The notes under the pieces are model-generated. The model was not told the DNA's origin. It was given only the letters and a program-made list of their open reading frames with translations, and ran no database searches. This document shows positions 50,581-63,800 of a DNA stretch of 64,000 bases, piece by piece; position 1 is the first letter of the stretch, and the number at the start of each line of letters is the position of its first letter. A program made the position numbers and the translations under genes. The DNA is from Dictyostelium discoideum (Eukaryota): assembly GCA_000004695.1 (NCBI GenBank), contig CM000155.2:1280001-1344000 (forward strand). The letters run 5' to 3'.

Positions 50581-52024
50581 TTAATTAAAATTACCAACTT
50601 TAAAACATAAACAAGTATTATGATCCATTTTACCAGGATATAAACTATAATCGGAAGGTAATTTTTTACTTGTATTTGTTTCCATAAAATCTCTACTTGA
50701 TTGAGTTGTATCTAAACAATGTTTTAATAGAGTATTTGAGATAAATGTTGGTTCCAATTGATTGAGAGTATTTTGATCAGAGCAAAAATGTTGATTCAAC
50801 CATCTCTTTCTGTATTCATTTTTTGCGTTTTCAGAATCAATTGGGAAACTTATGGCAGCTTTATCCCATGATTCTTCATCGATACCCAATTCATTTGGTT
50901 TAATACCCAATTGTTGAGGATCCAAATTATCATGAACACCATCACTCAATAAGAGGATCAAATCTTCAGGGTCACAAAGTTTATAAAACACTTGAAGATT
51001 TCTAAGATCGGGTTCACCTTGTCTAATGTATGGACCTAACCTACCACCTGGATCACGTGCATCCGATACATTTTGACGATTACCTTTGGTTATATCACTA
51101 AAGGTGTGATCTTTTTTACTGTAGTGAAATGCTTTACAATCACCCAATGTCACACCAACAAACACCCAACTCGAAGAGGATTGATGATCTTCAATTCCAC
51201 CCACAGCATGATTATGAATATTGGACATTCTCTTTATATTTTCACTCTCTGGTTTAATCTTTGCCAGTATACCACCAATCAATGTAGTGGTTCCACTTTC
51301 AAATACTTCGGATTTCCCTGCGATAATTGATTTGTGTGCCGCTGTCATTGCTGCCAATAAAAAACTACCCGCTTTTCTAACAGTATTAACCTCTAAATGA
51401 TTCTCCATTAAAAATGATATAAATCCATTGGTTGCATTAGTTGCCGCTTCATATGGTAATCTACCCCAATTACATCCATCTGCTAAAGTAACTAATAATT
51501 TCTCTTTATACACTACAACCTTAAATCTATCACAAATTGGGTCACCAATCTAAAAAAATTATAAAATTAAAAATAAATAAATATATTATAATTTTTTTTT
51601 TTAAAAAAATAAAATAAAACAAAATAAAATAAATATTATTATTATTTATATTTACTCTTCTACCAGTGAAATGTTTTGGATATGATGATCCAGATTTTCC
51701 GCAAATCAAATCTTTATAAACTACCATATCTTCAACTAAATCTGGTTTTGGTCCAACAATTGTTGAAAGTATACATTTTTCTTCAATATTTTCATTTTCA
51801 TTTTCATTTTCATTATTTTTTTCATCATTAATAATATTATTATCAATATTATTATTATTATCATCACTATTATTATTATTATTATCAATATTATTATTAC
51901 TATTACTATCTACATTTTTATCGTTTTCCTCTTTATTTTCTATATTATTATTATTTACAATTGGTGTGGTGTTGGTGTTGGTGTTGGTATTGTTGATGGT
52001 GGTGGTTGTTGCTGCTGTTGTTGT

Positions 52025-52098
<74 letters not shown>

Positions 52099-52966
52099 GC
52101 TGTTGACTATTTTCACAATTTTGACTATTAATACTATTACTATTATTATTACTACAATTACAATTACTATTACTACAATTGATATCAATATGAATCAATG
52201 GTAATGGTGAACAATATAAATCTTCTGTAATACCAGGAAATATTGATAATACAGCACCAGATTTTAAGAAAGCTGGTTCTTTTTGATTGATTTTACCTTT
52301 GTCAAATTTAGTTCTAAATTCTGCCTTTTTACCAACGATAATTGTTTTCAAAAGTTCTTCTTCTCTCATCCATTCTGCATCGTTTGTATCTTTTTCACCT
52401 TCACGTGTAAATTCACCTTCATCAGTTGATACAACCTTTCTACGAGTTTTATTGCTTCTTTGAGTGATTAAATCTTGAAGTAATCTTTCAAGATGTTGAA
52501 TTTCTGATAAGAGTTCTCTTGAAATATCTTTTTCACTCTTTTGTTGAGATTGTTGTTGTTGTTGATTTGATGTCGTTGATGTCGAAATTATTGATGAATC
52601 CATAGTTTTAATTAAAATTGAAGAGTGTGATAAATTTCTAACTAATTTCTTATCGTTATTATTGTCTGATGATCTATTTGTTTGTTGACTTGATGATAAC
52701 CCAATACTACTACTACCACTACTATCACTATCAATACTTTTGGAAATATTTATATTATTATTATTATTATTATTATTATTGTTGTTGTTGTTGTTGTTGT
52801 TGTTAATATTATTTATATTATTATTATTTATATTATTATTATTATTGGTATTATTATTTATATTATTATTAGTATTATTATTATTAATAGAGTTTGCTTG
52901 AGTTAACTGGTTTGAGGAAGAAATATCTAGAGATGGTTTTCTATGCTTGTTCTTCCTCTTGAACAA
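50581..52966 (-). CDS. PP2C-like (PPM-type) phosphatase domain protein with a long low-complexity N-terminus. Exons 52966..51685 and 51549..50581.
   Basis: Exon 1 carries poly-N and poly-Q tracts and ends ...SSYPKHFTGRR at a GTAAAT donor. The acceptor ttttttag is at 51550. Exon 2 (IGDPICDRFKVVVYKEKLLVTLADGCNWG...WVFVGVTLGDCKAFHY...DARDPGGRLGP...LLLSDGVHDNLDP) contains PPM motif-8- and motif-11-like blocks (GDsRa-like GDCKA; DGlwD-like SDGVHD). The annotated start at 52966 is TTG, not ATG. The true initiator may be an upstream exon or the internal Met at ...LIKTMDSS. Confidence 0.55.
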
Positions 52967-53128
52967 GTGTTGTATTTTATCCAGTTTTTTAGTTTATTAT
53001 TTTTAAAATAAAATAAAAAAAAAAAAAAAAAAAAAAAATTTTATATCACAAAAATATTTAAAGGGGGAAATAAATAAATAAATAAATAAATAAAAATAAA
53101 AATAAATACAAAATTGAAAAGGTACTTT

Positions 53129-53190
<62 letters not shown>

Positions 53191-53491
53191 ATTTAATTAA
53201 TTTTTGGGGGGGTGGGGGGAAAAAAAAAAATTAAAAAAAATTAAAAAAAAAATTTTTAAAAAAGTTAAAAAAAAAAAAAAAATTTAAAAAAATAAAAAAA
53301 AAAAAAAAAAAAAAAATTTTTGCACTTAAGTGGTAACCATAAACATTTTTTATTTTTTTTTTTATTTTTAAAAATATACAATCTGACTAAATATATAAAC
53401 GATTTTTATTAAAAAAATTCAAAAAATTCGATTAAAAAAAAAAAAAAAAAAAAACAAAAAAAAAAAAACTATATATAGAATTGTGTGTGGG

Positions 53492-53527
<36 letters not shown>

Positions 53528-53923
53528 TGATTTTAAATGGGGTCAATTTCATATTTTTAAATTCTTTTTCTTCAATTAAAAATACCACAATTTTAAATTA
53601 GCCTTTAAATAGAATTCATTTTTAGTGTGTTCTATAAAAAGAAAAAAAAAAAAAAAAAACTTTCAAATAATCAGTGTAAATTAATCCATCGAAAGATTTT
53701 TTATTTTGCTATATAAAAAATGTATTTTTATTTAAATTATTTTTAAAAAAAAATATTTCTATTAATATTTTCCATATCCATAATGATTAATCATAAATAT
53801 AATAAATAAATAAAATAAAAAATAAATAAAAAAATAAAAAAATAAAAATTTTAATAAAAACAAAAATAAAAAAAATAAAAAAAAATCATTCAATTTTTTT
53901 TTTTTTAGTTTGGCTTTGATTTT

Positions 53924-53972
<49 letters not shown>

Positions 53973-54023
53973 CAATAAATTAAATATAATAATAAAAATA
54001 AAAATAAAATAATATATATAAAA

Positions 54024-55234
54024 TGAACAATGTATTAGATTTAAAATTGAAAAAGATTGATAAAATATATAGACCTGGTGTAAGTTTTAATTAAAATAAA
54101 AATAAAAAACAATAAATAAAAAACAATAATAATAATTATAATAATACCAAAATCTCATTGTAAATATAGTATTAATTAATTATCAATTAATAATATACAT
54201 TTTAAAAAAAATGAACAATTAATGATGATGATGATGATGATGTGATGATGATGATGATGATTGATAATAATATTAATATTTTTTAGAGTAAAGTATCAGG
54301 TAATGTAGTTATAAATAGTAAAGATGATATGTCACATTCAGGAGTTACAATAGTGGTAGAGGGTACAGTTCAATTACAATTAAGTTCAAAGAGTGTTGGT
54401 TTATTTGAAGCATTTTATAATTCATTAAAACCAATTACATTGATGCATTATACAATTAGTGTCACCAATGGTGGTGGTAAATTTCAAGCAGGTATCACAG
54501 AGTTACCATTTGAATTTACATTAGAGCCATTACCAAATCAACAACTTTACGATACCTATCATGGTGTTTTCGTTAATATTCAATATTCAATAAAATGTGA
54601 TGTTAAAAGAGGTATCCTTTCAAAAGATTTATCAAAAACTATTGAATTTATAGTTGAAGTACCAGTATGTATATTATTTATTTATTTATTCGATATTAAT
54701 ATTAATATATAATTAATATATAATTAATATTAATAATTTTATAAATTATTTTAGTCACAAAATAAAGAGGTTTTAATGAAATCAACACCAGAATCACTTA
54801 TAACATTTAATATAACACCAGATTCATTGGTTAATTTTAAAAAGATATCAAAAGCAGATGTACCAACATTTAAGATATCAGGTGGATTGGTTTCAGCTAT
54901 TTGTAATATTAATGAAGCATTTCAAGGTCATATGATTATAGAATCAGCTGATACTGTGATTAAATCGGTCGAATTACAATTGGTACGTGTTGAAACATGT
55001 GGTTGTGCTGATGGATATGCTAGAGAGGTTACAGAGATTCAAAATATTCAAATTGCCGATGGTGACATTTGGAGAAATTTTAAAATTCCACTCTATATGG
55101 TTTTCCCACGTTTATTCACTTGTATCAGTACTGCTGGTAAAACTTTTAAAATCGAATTTGAAGTTAATTTAGTAATTATGTTAGAAGATGGTCATTTAAT
55201 TACTGAAAATTTCCCAATTAAATTAATAAGATAG
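54024..55234 (+). CDS. vps26c: VPS26C / DSCR3, retriever complex subunit (arrestin-like fold). Exons 54024..54080, 54287..54664 and 54755..55234.
   Basis: Exon 1 MNNVLDLKLKKIDKIYRPG ends at a GTAAGT donor. Exon 2 after ttttag reads SKVSGNVVINSKDDMSHSGVTIVVEGTVQLQLSSKSVGLFEAFYNSLKPI...YDTYHGVFVNIQYSIKCDVKRGILSKDLSKTIEFIVEVP and ends at a GTATGT donor. Exon 3 after ttattttag reads SQNKEVLMKSTPESLITFNITPDSL...IKSVELQLVRVETCGCADGYAREVTEIQNIQIADGDIWRNFKIPLYMVFPRLFTC...HLITENFPIKLIR. Long blocks are near-identical to human DSCR3 (EGTVNLQLSAKSVGVFEAFYNSVKPI; SVELQLVRVETCGCAEGYARDATEIQNIQIADGD; YMVFPRLFTC; HLITENFPLKL). Confidence 0.9.
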
Positions 55235-55236
55235 AC

Positions 55237-55275
<39 letters not shown>

Positions 55276-55429
55276 AAAAAATATAATAATAAAAAGAACC
55301 CAACAAACACAAAAAGTTTATAAAATATAAATCCTTCTTTTTTTTTTTTTAATTTAATTTATTTAATAATTTATCTATTTCATTTAACACTAGTCTTTTT
55401 TTTTTTTTTTTTTTAAATTATTTTTTTAA

Positions 55430-56300
55430 TTAATTCATAATTGCATCTAATAATTCAGAATAACAAATATTTGGAGTATCACTTTCAATGTCAACATCTT
55501 TATCTAATTTATACATAACAGTTAATGGAAATACAACTCTTGGAATACCACCCCATTTTATAAAAAGTGAACAATTGTATAATTTTAAAATATTTCCATA
55601 AATATCATTTTCTTTATATTTTAATTTATATAATTCATCAATTTCAACTTTTGACCATGTTGGCAATAATAATTTATTAATAAATGCATTCTTTAGCAAA
55701 AAAAATAAATAAAATAAATAATTAGAATTTAATATTAATAATAAATATAAAATATAAAATATAAATAAAGATAAATACCTTTATGAAAATTTTAAAAATT
55801 TCTAAATGATGAAATTAATAAAACAAAACATGGTGCTACATAGACAGGTGATTTCGAATCGGTTATTAATATAGTTGAATTCTTTTTCATAAGATAATGA
55901 TGAATAATTGGGTTATTTGAATCTGTAACTGATATAACATTACTACTTCTATTATTTTCATTCTCTGAAATTGGAAATATATATGTTGCAGGTGAATTAT
56001 ATGATTCATAAACTATGTTCTTTTTAGATTCTTTTAATAATCTTGATAATGAATAAATTGAGAAATAAGTTTTACCATTCCAGGATTACCAGTTATAAAA
56101 ACATTAATATTTTGTCTTGAATCATCCTCATCATTAAATGAAATTGTATTTGTTATCCTAATAAATAAATCTTTATAACTTTTTCTAATTAAAATTGATT
56201 CATTATCTTCATTAATAAGTCTAAACTTATCATTACTTTTAACATTTAAAATTTCATTTTAAATTGAAAATACTTAATCTAGTTTGAAATAATCTTTACC
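55430..56300 (-). CDS. LDAH-like (lipid droplet-associated hydrolase, DUF2305/UPF0554) alpha/beta hydrolase gene. Multi-exon, with an apparent +1 frameshift in this assembly.
   Basis: Minus-strand translation gives ...DLFIRITNTISFNDEDDSRQNINVFITGNPGMVKLISQFIHYQDY-stop. Compare LDAH LIFIIPGNPGFSAFYVPFAKALYSL. A second frame continues ...YFSIYSLSRLLKESKKNIVYESYNSPATYIFPISENENNRSSNVISVTDSNNPIIHHYLMKKNSTILITDSKSPVYVAPCFVLLI, where TDSKS sits at the nucleophile position. The terminal exon 55699..55430 (NAFINKLLLPTWSKVEIDELYKLKYKENDIYGNILKLYNCSLFIKWGGIPRVVFPLTVMYKLDKDVDIE...) fits the LDAH C-terminus. The N-terminal exon and start codon are not resolved. Confidence 0.4.
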
Positions 56301-56983
56301 TATAATTCTTAAAATAAATAAATATATATATATATAATTATAAAAATTAATTAAATAATTACAAATAAAAAAATGTTTAAAAAATTATCTACTACCATAT
56401 TGAGCATTATAACATGATTTTTCTTTTTTAAATGAAAATTGGGGTGTAGTTTTTGTGGATTTTTTTTGTACAATATTTGGTGTTTCCATTATTTGGTAAT
56501 TAAATGAAAAATCTTTATTAAATTTATTTTTTACTCTTTTTTTATTATTATTATTATTATTAATATTTTTTTTCAAATAAAATGGAAAATAATAATTATA
56601 AAAAAAAAAAAAACAAAAAAGGAATTTTTTTTTTGTTATTTAAGATTTATAAAAAAATAAAAATTTTTATTTTTTTTTTTTATTTTTTTTCTTAGTTCAG
56701 TCTATCAACCCAAATTAGTAATTACTAATTTTTTTTATAATAAATTAAAATGTATATATAAATCATTTGTGATTAATTACACTAAAAAATTTTATTTTAT
56801 TTTATTTTATTTTATTTTATTTTTTATAATTAAAGAAGTATTAATCATCTTTTTATTTTATTTTTTATTTTTTATTTTTTATTTTTATTATTAATAATTG
56901 CTTTTTTTATTTTTTATTTTTTATTTTTTTTTTTTTTTCGGTTTATTTTATTTATTTATTTATTTTTTTCCTGTTTATCTTGT

Positions 56984-57310
56984 TTATTCATCATCTTCTG
57001 GATTATGCTTTGGAGCGGTAAATTTTCTGCATAAGAAAAGGAAAACACATAAACCAGCAACGCCTAAATAGATAAAAGCTCCAACCATTGAAGCATGTTT
57101 ACCATTTTCGATTTGATCATGATTCCAAAGAGTTTGACCAGATATTTTAGTGTAATTATTGTTAATCAATGCATAAATTATAAAAAGACCAGCCATTGAA
57201 AAAAGTGAAAAGACTGTACAACAAATTGAACAACATGGTGGTGGGAATCTATAACACATACCACCTGGGAGACAAATTTCTGGCATTTTTGATGCTGCTT
57301 TTTTGGCCAT
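56984..57310 (-). CDS. Small Cys-rich two-pass membrane protein, single exon, 108 aa
   Basis: ATG start and TAA stop. MAKKAASKMPEICLPGGMCYRFPPPCCSICCTVFSLFSMAGLFIIYALI...ASMVGAFIYLGVAGLCVFLFLCRKF has two hydrophobic helices and a CC-x-x-CC cluster. Function unknown. Confidence 0.5.
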   Translation of the reverse strand: MAKKAASKMPEICLPGGMCYRFPPPCCSICCTVFSLFSMAGLFIIYALINNNYTKISGQTLWNHDQIENGKHASMVGAFIYLGVAGLCVFLFLCRKFTAPKHNPEDDE

Positions 57311-57559
57311 CTTTATATTATATATATTATTATTTATTTATTTATTACAAAAAAAAAAAAAAATTCTATAATTCTAAAATAATAAATATGAAAAAACGAA
57401 CGAAGGTTAGCAAAAATAATTTTTTAAAAAAAAAAAAAAAATTGTGGTGAGTGGTGGTGAAAAAAATAAAAAAAAAAAAAAAATAAGCAACAATGGGTTT
57501 TTATGTATGATAGATAACCATATCCCTCTTACCAAATCAATGATTAAATAAATGAACAA

Positions 57560-57597
<38 letters not shown>

Positions 57598-57833
57598 AAA
57601 AATTAATAAAGAAAAAAAAAAAAATTAAAAAATTAAAAATCCCCAGTGTGGTCCAAAATAATATTGCTTTGTTTTGTGTTTTTTTTTTTTTTTTTTATTA
57701 TTTTCACATTTAATATGAAATTTAATATTAATTATGATATATAATTGATTGAACGTATTAAATGATATGATATGATATGATATGATATTATATGATATTT
57801 AAAATAATGAATGTGAATTATTTAATTTTTTTT

Positions 57834-57865
<32 letters not shown>

Positions 57866-58276
57866 CTTTTTCTTTTTTTTTTTTTTTTTTTTTTTTAAAA
57901 CCCAATTTAGGTATAAAATTATCAAAAAACTAAAAAAGGTGGAATTTAAAATGGTATTATTTTAAAAAAAAAGAAAGGGGGGAAATAAATTTTAAAAATT
58001 AAAACCAAAATACAAAAAAAAAAACTTTCACCTTTTATAAAAATAATTTAAAATTTCCAAAAAAAAAAATTTTGTCCAATAAAAAATCCCCTTTAATATG
58101 GCCTATATGCTATATCGTAAAAAGTATGGGTGGATCTAGGTTTTATATCCAAATAAATAATAATAAATCTTTTCTTAAAACAATTATTATGTGTTTAATA
58201 TAAAGTGGACAAAAATTATTTTTAAATTTAAAAAAAAAAAAATAAAAAATAAAAATAAAAAAAAAAAATTGAAAAA

Positions 58277-58307
<31 letters not shown>

Positions 58308-59356
58308 ATGCAGGATAGTTGTGTGTCGTTAAAAGTTTTTGGTTTTTTATGCAAGAACTGTATATAAAATTTTCATAAAAAAAAAAAAAATCAAAAAAAA
58401 AAAAAAACAGGCCTGGGAAAAAATGATTAATTAAAAAAATTTATTTGTATTTATTTTTATTTATTTTTTTTTTTTAAATTAAAAATTAAACAGAAGCCGA
58501 ACAAAAGCGGTGAGCATAATTTTGGTAAGTAAATTATTGAGAAGTTGAATTTTTTTTTTTTTTTTATGAAATAAATAAAACCCACAGGGAACAAATAAAA
58601 TATTTTTCTTTATTCTTCTTTATTTAAAATTACATGTGAAAACAAATAGGAGAAAAAAATAATGACTACAATAATTGCCACCAATGCTATTAATTTCTCT
58701 CTCATCTATAAATAAATAATTATTGAAAAAAAAAATAAAATAAAATAAAATAAAATAAAAAATAAAAATTAATTGTTAGGAAATTGAGTTTCACACTTTT
58801 TTTTTTTTTTTTTTTCCAGAGTTGAGATATTTTAAAAAAAAACAATTTACTTTTTTTGAGTTCTTTTTTAGTTTAAAGTGTTTAAATGTGTTTTTTTTTG
58901 TTTTTTTTGTTTTTTTTGTGTTGTTTTTATGTTTTTTTAGTAAACAAGAGTACTATGAAGTTTTATGTTTTATCATTTAATGAGGAAGAAGAAAAAAAAA
59001 AAAAAACAAAAAAAAAAAAAAAAATAAAAAAAAATAAAAAAAAAAAATAAAAAAAAAATCATGATAGATATTCAAGTAATAATCCAAACATGTTAATAAA
59101 AAAAAAAAAAAAAATTAATTTTAATATTTCACCATAAAAATTTTTTTAACCTTACAAACAATCATTTTTTTTTTTTTCAATATTTATTTCCATAAAAATA
59201 TATTTGAAACTGGTCTTTTTGCCCAGGGGAATTTTTTTTGTTTGAGAGATTTTTCAATTTTAATTTTAGTTTTTCTCCCACACAATTTTTTTTTTTTTTT
59301 TTTTTATTTTTTATTTTTTTAACGACACAGCATAAAAATTTTTTCATATTTTTTAA

Positions 59357-59387
<31 letters not shown>

Positions 59388-59607
59388 TTTTTATTTTTTT
59401 AAAAATTATTTTTTCTGCCACTATTTATAACACATAATAATATTTTTAAAAAAAATATTATTTAATTTATAATAATACAAATTAATTTTAGAAGTAATAA
59501 TATATAGTTTTATTAATATTTTTATTTCGTAATAATCAGAATAAAAAAACATCCTATTTATTAAAAAAAAAAAAACACACACTATATATATAAAAAACTC
59601 TTATAAA

Positions 59608-59877
59608 ATGTCAAAAGTTGCAGCACTTGGTTGGGGTACATTAGTTTACTTAGGCGTTGGTTTATTATTAGCAATTTACCCACCATTTGTTACAGATAAA
59701 CCGTATGTTTATTTTTTTGTTGAAAAAAAAAAAAAAAAACCCAAACCACCCTATTAAATTTGAATTCTAACTTTTTTTTTTTTTTTTCTCTTTTATTTTC
59801 AAAATTTTCAAAAATATAGATTAGGTCGTGTTTGCTTCATTACTGCCGCAGTTTGTTTATGGCTTTTGTATGTATAA
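59608..59877 (+). CDS. Small membrane protein resembling V-type ATPase subunit e (VMA9). Exons 59608..59702 and 59820..59877.
   Basis: Exon 1 MSKVAALGWGTLVYLGVGLLLAIYPPFVTDKP ends at a GTATGT donor. Exon 2 after aaatatag continues (P)LGRVCFITAAVCLWLLYV-stop. Compare V-ATPase e [37 protein letters not shown]. Confidence 0.4.
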
Positions 59878-59918
59878 ATTTAGATAAAAATAATAATCAG
59901 ATTGATTTTTCAAACCTT

Positions 59919-59960
<42 letters not shown>

Positions 59961-60265
59961 GGGATTTTTTGGATTAAAATCCCTAATTTATAAAAAAAAA
60001 ATAAATCATTTCAAAGGGATTTGTTGTTATATGTCAAAAATGAATCCAAGGGCTTACCCAAATTCAATTACCACCAGTTGCAGAATAAATAAAATAATAA
60101 TAATAATATAATACACAAGAATAATAAAATCCAAAAAAACAACAAAATACTATTTTACAACCCCTGTTACATAAACGACTAAAAAAAAAAAAATAAAAAA
60201 ATAACAATAAAAAAAACATCAACACAAAAGGATACACATCAATGTGTATTCACCATCATCTCACC

Positions 60266-60324
<59 letters not shown>
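60266..60324 (+). repeat. (CAA)n microsatellite of about 19 units, intergenic
   Basis: Seen directly. It is not in any supported ORF. Confidence 0.85.
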
Positions 60325-60608
60325 ACTTATTACCTTTTAATCAAACAATTAAAAGGAACCACAAACTCTATTTGAACGAAATAAGTAGTTATAAAAAAAA
60401 AATAAAAAAAAAACAAATAAAAAATTTTAAAAAAAAAAAATTAAAAAAAGTAATAATCCTTGGGAATATTTTTGTGTATTTCTTTTTAAATTATTTATTT
60501 TTATCTTTTGTTTTTACATTTAATGATTTCTTATATAAAGTATTTTTTTTTTTTTTTTTTAATTTTATTTCTATACATTTCTTATATGTGTATTTTTATT
60601 TTTTATAA

Positions 60609-60815
60609 TTATTCATTTGATCTTGGTTTTCTTTTCATTTTAGTTAAATCTACATCATCCTTTTTAATACCAAAGTCATTGTATTCTTTAAAATCTTCAC
60701 CAGCCATTTTCCACATCGAATAACTGTATACTGCAATTGAAAATGCTGTTAAACCTCCAAATATTAATAAATTTCCCTTTAATCTTTGTCTATGTAATGG
60801 TGTTACACCTGGCAC
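60609..60815 (-). CDS. Small single-TM protein, possibly COA3/Cox25-like (cytochrome c oxidase assembly factor 3); terminal exon only
   Basis: PGVTPLHRQRLKGNLLIFGGLTAFSIAVYSYSMWKMAGEDFKEYNDFG resembles the COA3 TM region ([31 protein letters not shown]). The annotated start is GTG. An acceptor aaacag immediately upstream suggests a short first exon holding the ATG, which I could not locate. Confidence 0.3.
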   Translation of the reverse strand: MPGVTPLHRQRLKGNLLIFGGLTAFSIAVYSYSMWKMAGEDFKEYNDFGIKKDDVDLTKMKRKPRSNE

Positions 60816-61039
60816 TGTTTTTTTTTGTTTTTTTTTTTGAAAATTATCGATTGTTAGATATCATTTAAATTATAAAAGATAATATTTCATTAATATATTA
60901 TAATTCTTACTTTTTCTTTTCTATTTTATTTTTTTTTTTTGTATATTGACGAAAATATTTTTTTTTTTTTAAAACTTTTAAACGAAAATGTTTTTTTTTT
61001 TTTTTTTTTTCTTTTTTATTTTTTTTTATTTTTTAATTT

Positions 61040-61078
<39 letters not shown>

Positions 61079-61874
61079 CTTGAATAAAGATTTGGTGGTA
61101 ATTATTTTCTTAAATTGGAAATAAATATCTTTTTATCTTTGAACTTTTTTTTTTTTTTTGATTTCTTTTCTTTTTTTCTTTGATTTCTTTTTTTTTTTAA
61201 CACCTCTTTTGATTAAAATGAGACATTAAAAAAAAAAAAATAATAGAAAAAAATAGAAAAAAAAAAAATAAAAAATAAAATAAATAAAATAAAGATAGTT
61301 CATTTTTTATTATTATACCATAGGAAATAAGAATAATTTATTTTTTTTTTTTTCCATCTTCCATAGATGATTTTTTTTTTTTTTTTTTTTTTTTTGTAAT
61401 AATGATTTTTAATGAAATTACTGATTTAAGAATGGTACTAGTAGTATATAAAAACTATAATAAAATATTTGGCGTTTAGTTATAATTAATAGTTTAAAAC
61501 AAAATTAATTAATTTTATGGGATTACCTTTAAATTATTTAAACAAAACCCCTTTAATAATTAATTGGGAATTAAAAAACCGGCCCCATAAAAAAAACTTG
61601 GGCTTTCTTTTGCTTTTTTCCCAAATAATAAAAAAAAAAAAAAAAATAAGGGAACCTTTTTTTAAAAAAATCCCCTTTAAAAAGTTTTTTTTTTTTATTC
61701 CAATTAAATTTAAAAATTTTTTCCGCCAAAAAAAAAAATTTTTTTTAAAAAAAATCCCTAATTTTTTTTTTTTTTAATCTTATTGTTGAAATTTCTTAGA
61801 TGAAACCTAAAATTTACCAAACAATATTTATTTTTTTTTTAAAAAAAATATTTTTTATTAATTTCAAATTTGAT

Positions 61875-61934
<60 letters not shown>

Positions 61935-61998
61935 AGAATATACATTAATTTTTCCAAGTTTTTTTTATTTCATTTTTTTATTTTTTTTTTTCTTAAAT

Positions 61999-63767
61999 TT
62001 AATTTGTTGAACTTGTTGAAATTGGTCTTGATTTGATTGTTGAATTTTGAGAATTTGATGTTGTATCGGTTGAAATATTTGTTATGGGCATTGTTGGTGA
62101 TGTATTTGATGATAATGAGATATTTGGAGATGAACTTGAGAGTGAAATATTACTTTGGTTATTATCATTATTATTATTATTATTATTACTATTATCAATT
62201 AAGTTTATATTTGTTTCAGATTTTGATAAATCATCAGATTTTTTAGAAGTTGGAAGTTTATTATTTTGAGAGATGGAATTTGATCTAATTCTTTTTGAAT
62301 TTGTAATAAGAGGTTGAAATTGTTGAAGTGTTCTTTTACTTCCAGAGATTAAAGATTTCAATTGATTAGTCAAGTCGTGGATTGATTGAATTTTATGATG
62401 TTCTAGACGTGAGATAACATTGGGATCAATAGAGGTACGAATGGTTTTAATAGTACGATCTTCTTGAGCCAAAGCAACTAGACAACGAAGTGCTTGTTCA
62501 ACCAATAGATAATCATAAGACTCTAAGAGTGTTGTGATTAATGGAATACCATTATTTTCTAATAGAGCAGAAACAATGGCAACTTCATTATGGAGAACAC
62601 TAAAGAATTTACAACATTTTGCTTTCAATGGTTCTTCAGCGGTATGAATTAATTTGACGATGGTTGTAATTAAACCAAAATCCAAAATTTGAGTGATAGT
62701 TACCTCATCTTGACTTGCAACCAAAGCTAAAAGGTCCAATGCAATCATTTTGATACTTATATTTTCCTTTACATTCAATAGTATCTTATGAATACTGCCT
62801 ACGATTTCATGTAATGTATTTTTGTGTATACCTTTGTTGGTTAATATACCCAATATTTGAATTGCATAAACACGAAGTGGGGCATCTTTTGGATCTTTAG
62901 TATCCAAATCATTACAAAATGAAAGTACACAATCATCTAAAAGACAATCATCGGTTGGTTTACCTTGAGCATGAGGTTTACCAATTACATGATCAATGGT
63001 TACAATTGGTAATGGTGCAGGTAATGGAATATCTTGACTCCATGGTGTTTTTAAATGAAATGAAATTTGACCAACTAATGATTGTTCACCCATAATAACA
63101 TCATCACCACCATGAATATGATGATGATGATGGTTATGATGATTACCACCACCACTACCACTACCACTACTACCACCACCACTATTTTGATTACCATAAA
63201 TACTATCATAAAATAATTGATATTTATTTTGTTCTTCTTTTAATTGTTGAGCATGTTGTAATTGTTGTTCTTTAAATTGTTGTTGTTCTTTTAATTGTTG
63301 TTGAATTAATTTTTGTTGTTCAGCATTGAATTTAATACGTGCTTTATCTAATTTAGTTTTATAGATTGGATAATATTGATTGGATGGATCAAGGAATGGA
63401 AAGATTGCAGACATCGATTGATTTTGAATTGCAGTTTCAAAGGTTTGACCATTCTTTGAAACAAATTCAACAACAATCTCAATGACTTGTTCAATGGTTT
63501 CAGCAGATTCAAACATTTTCAAATTGAAACCAATATCATCCATTTCATCATCCTCTTCCTCCTCCTCTTGATCAATATCACCTAATAATCTAGAATGAAG
63601 TTTAATTTCAGGATTTGATGACCAAATCTCTCTTGCAAATTCTAAATTCTCTGCATCTAAATCCATTTCTTCATCTTGTTTATTGATTGAATCTAATATT
63701 TTATAACCACCATTTTCACTCTTTAAAATATGTTTACCACCACCTCCACCACTACTACTACTATCAA

Positions 63768-63800
<33 letters not shown>

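Noticed and set aside
51073-51330. ORF on the plus strand inside the PP2C-like exon 2
   Set aside because: It is antisense to conserved PPM motifs.
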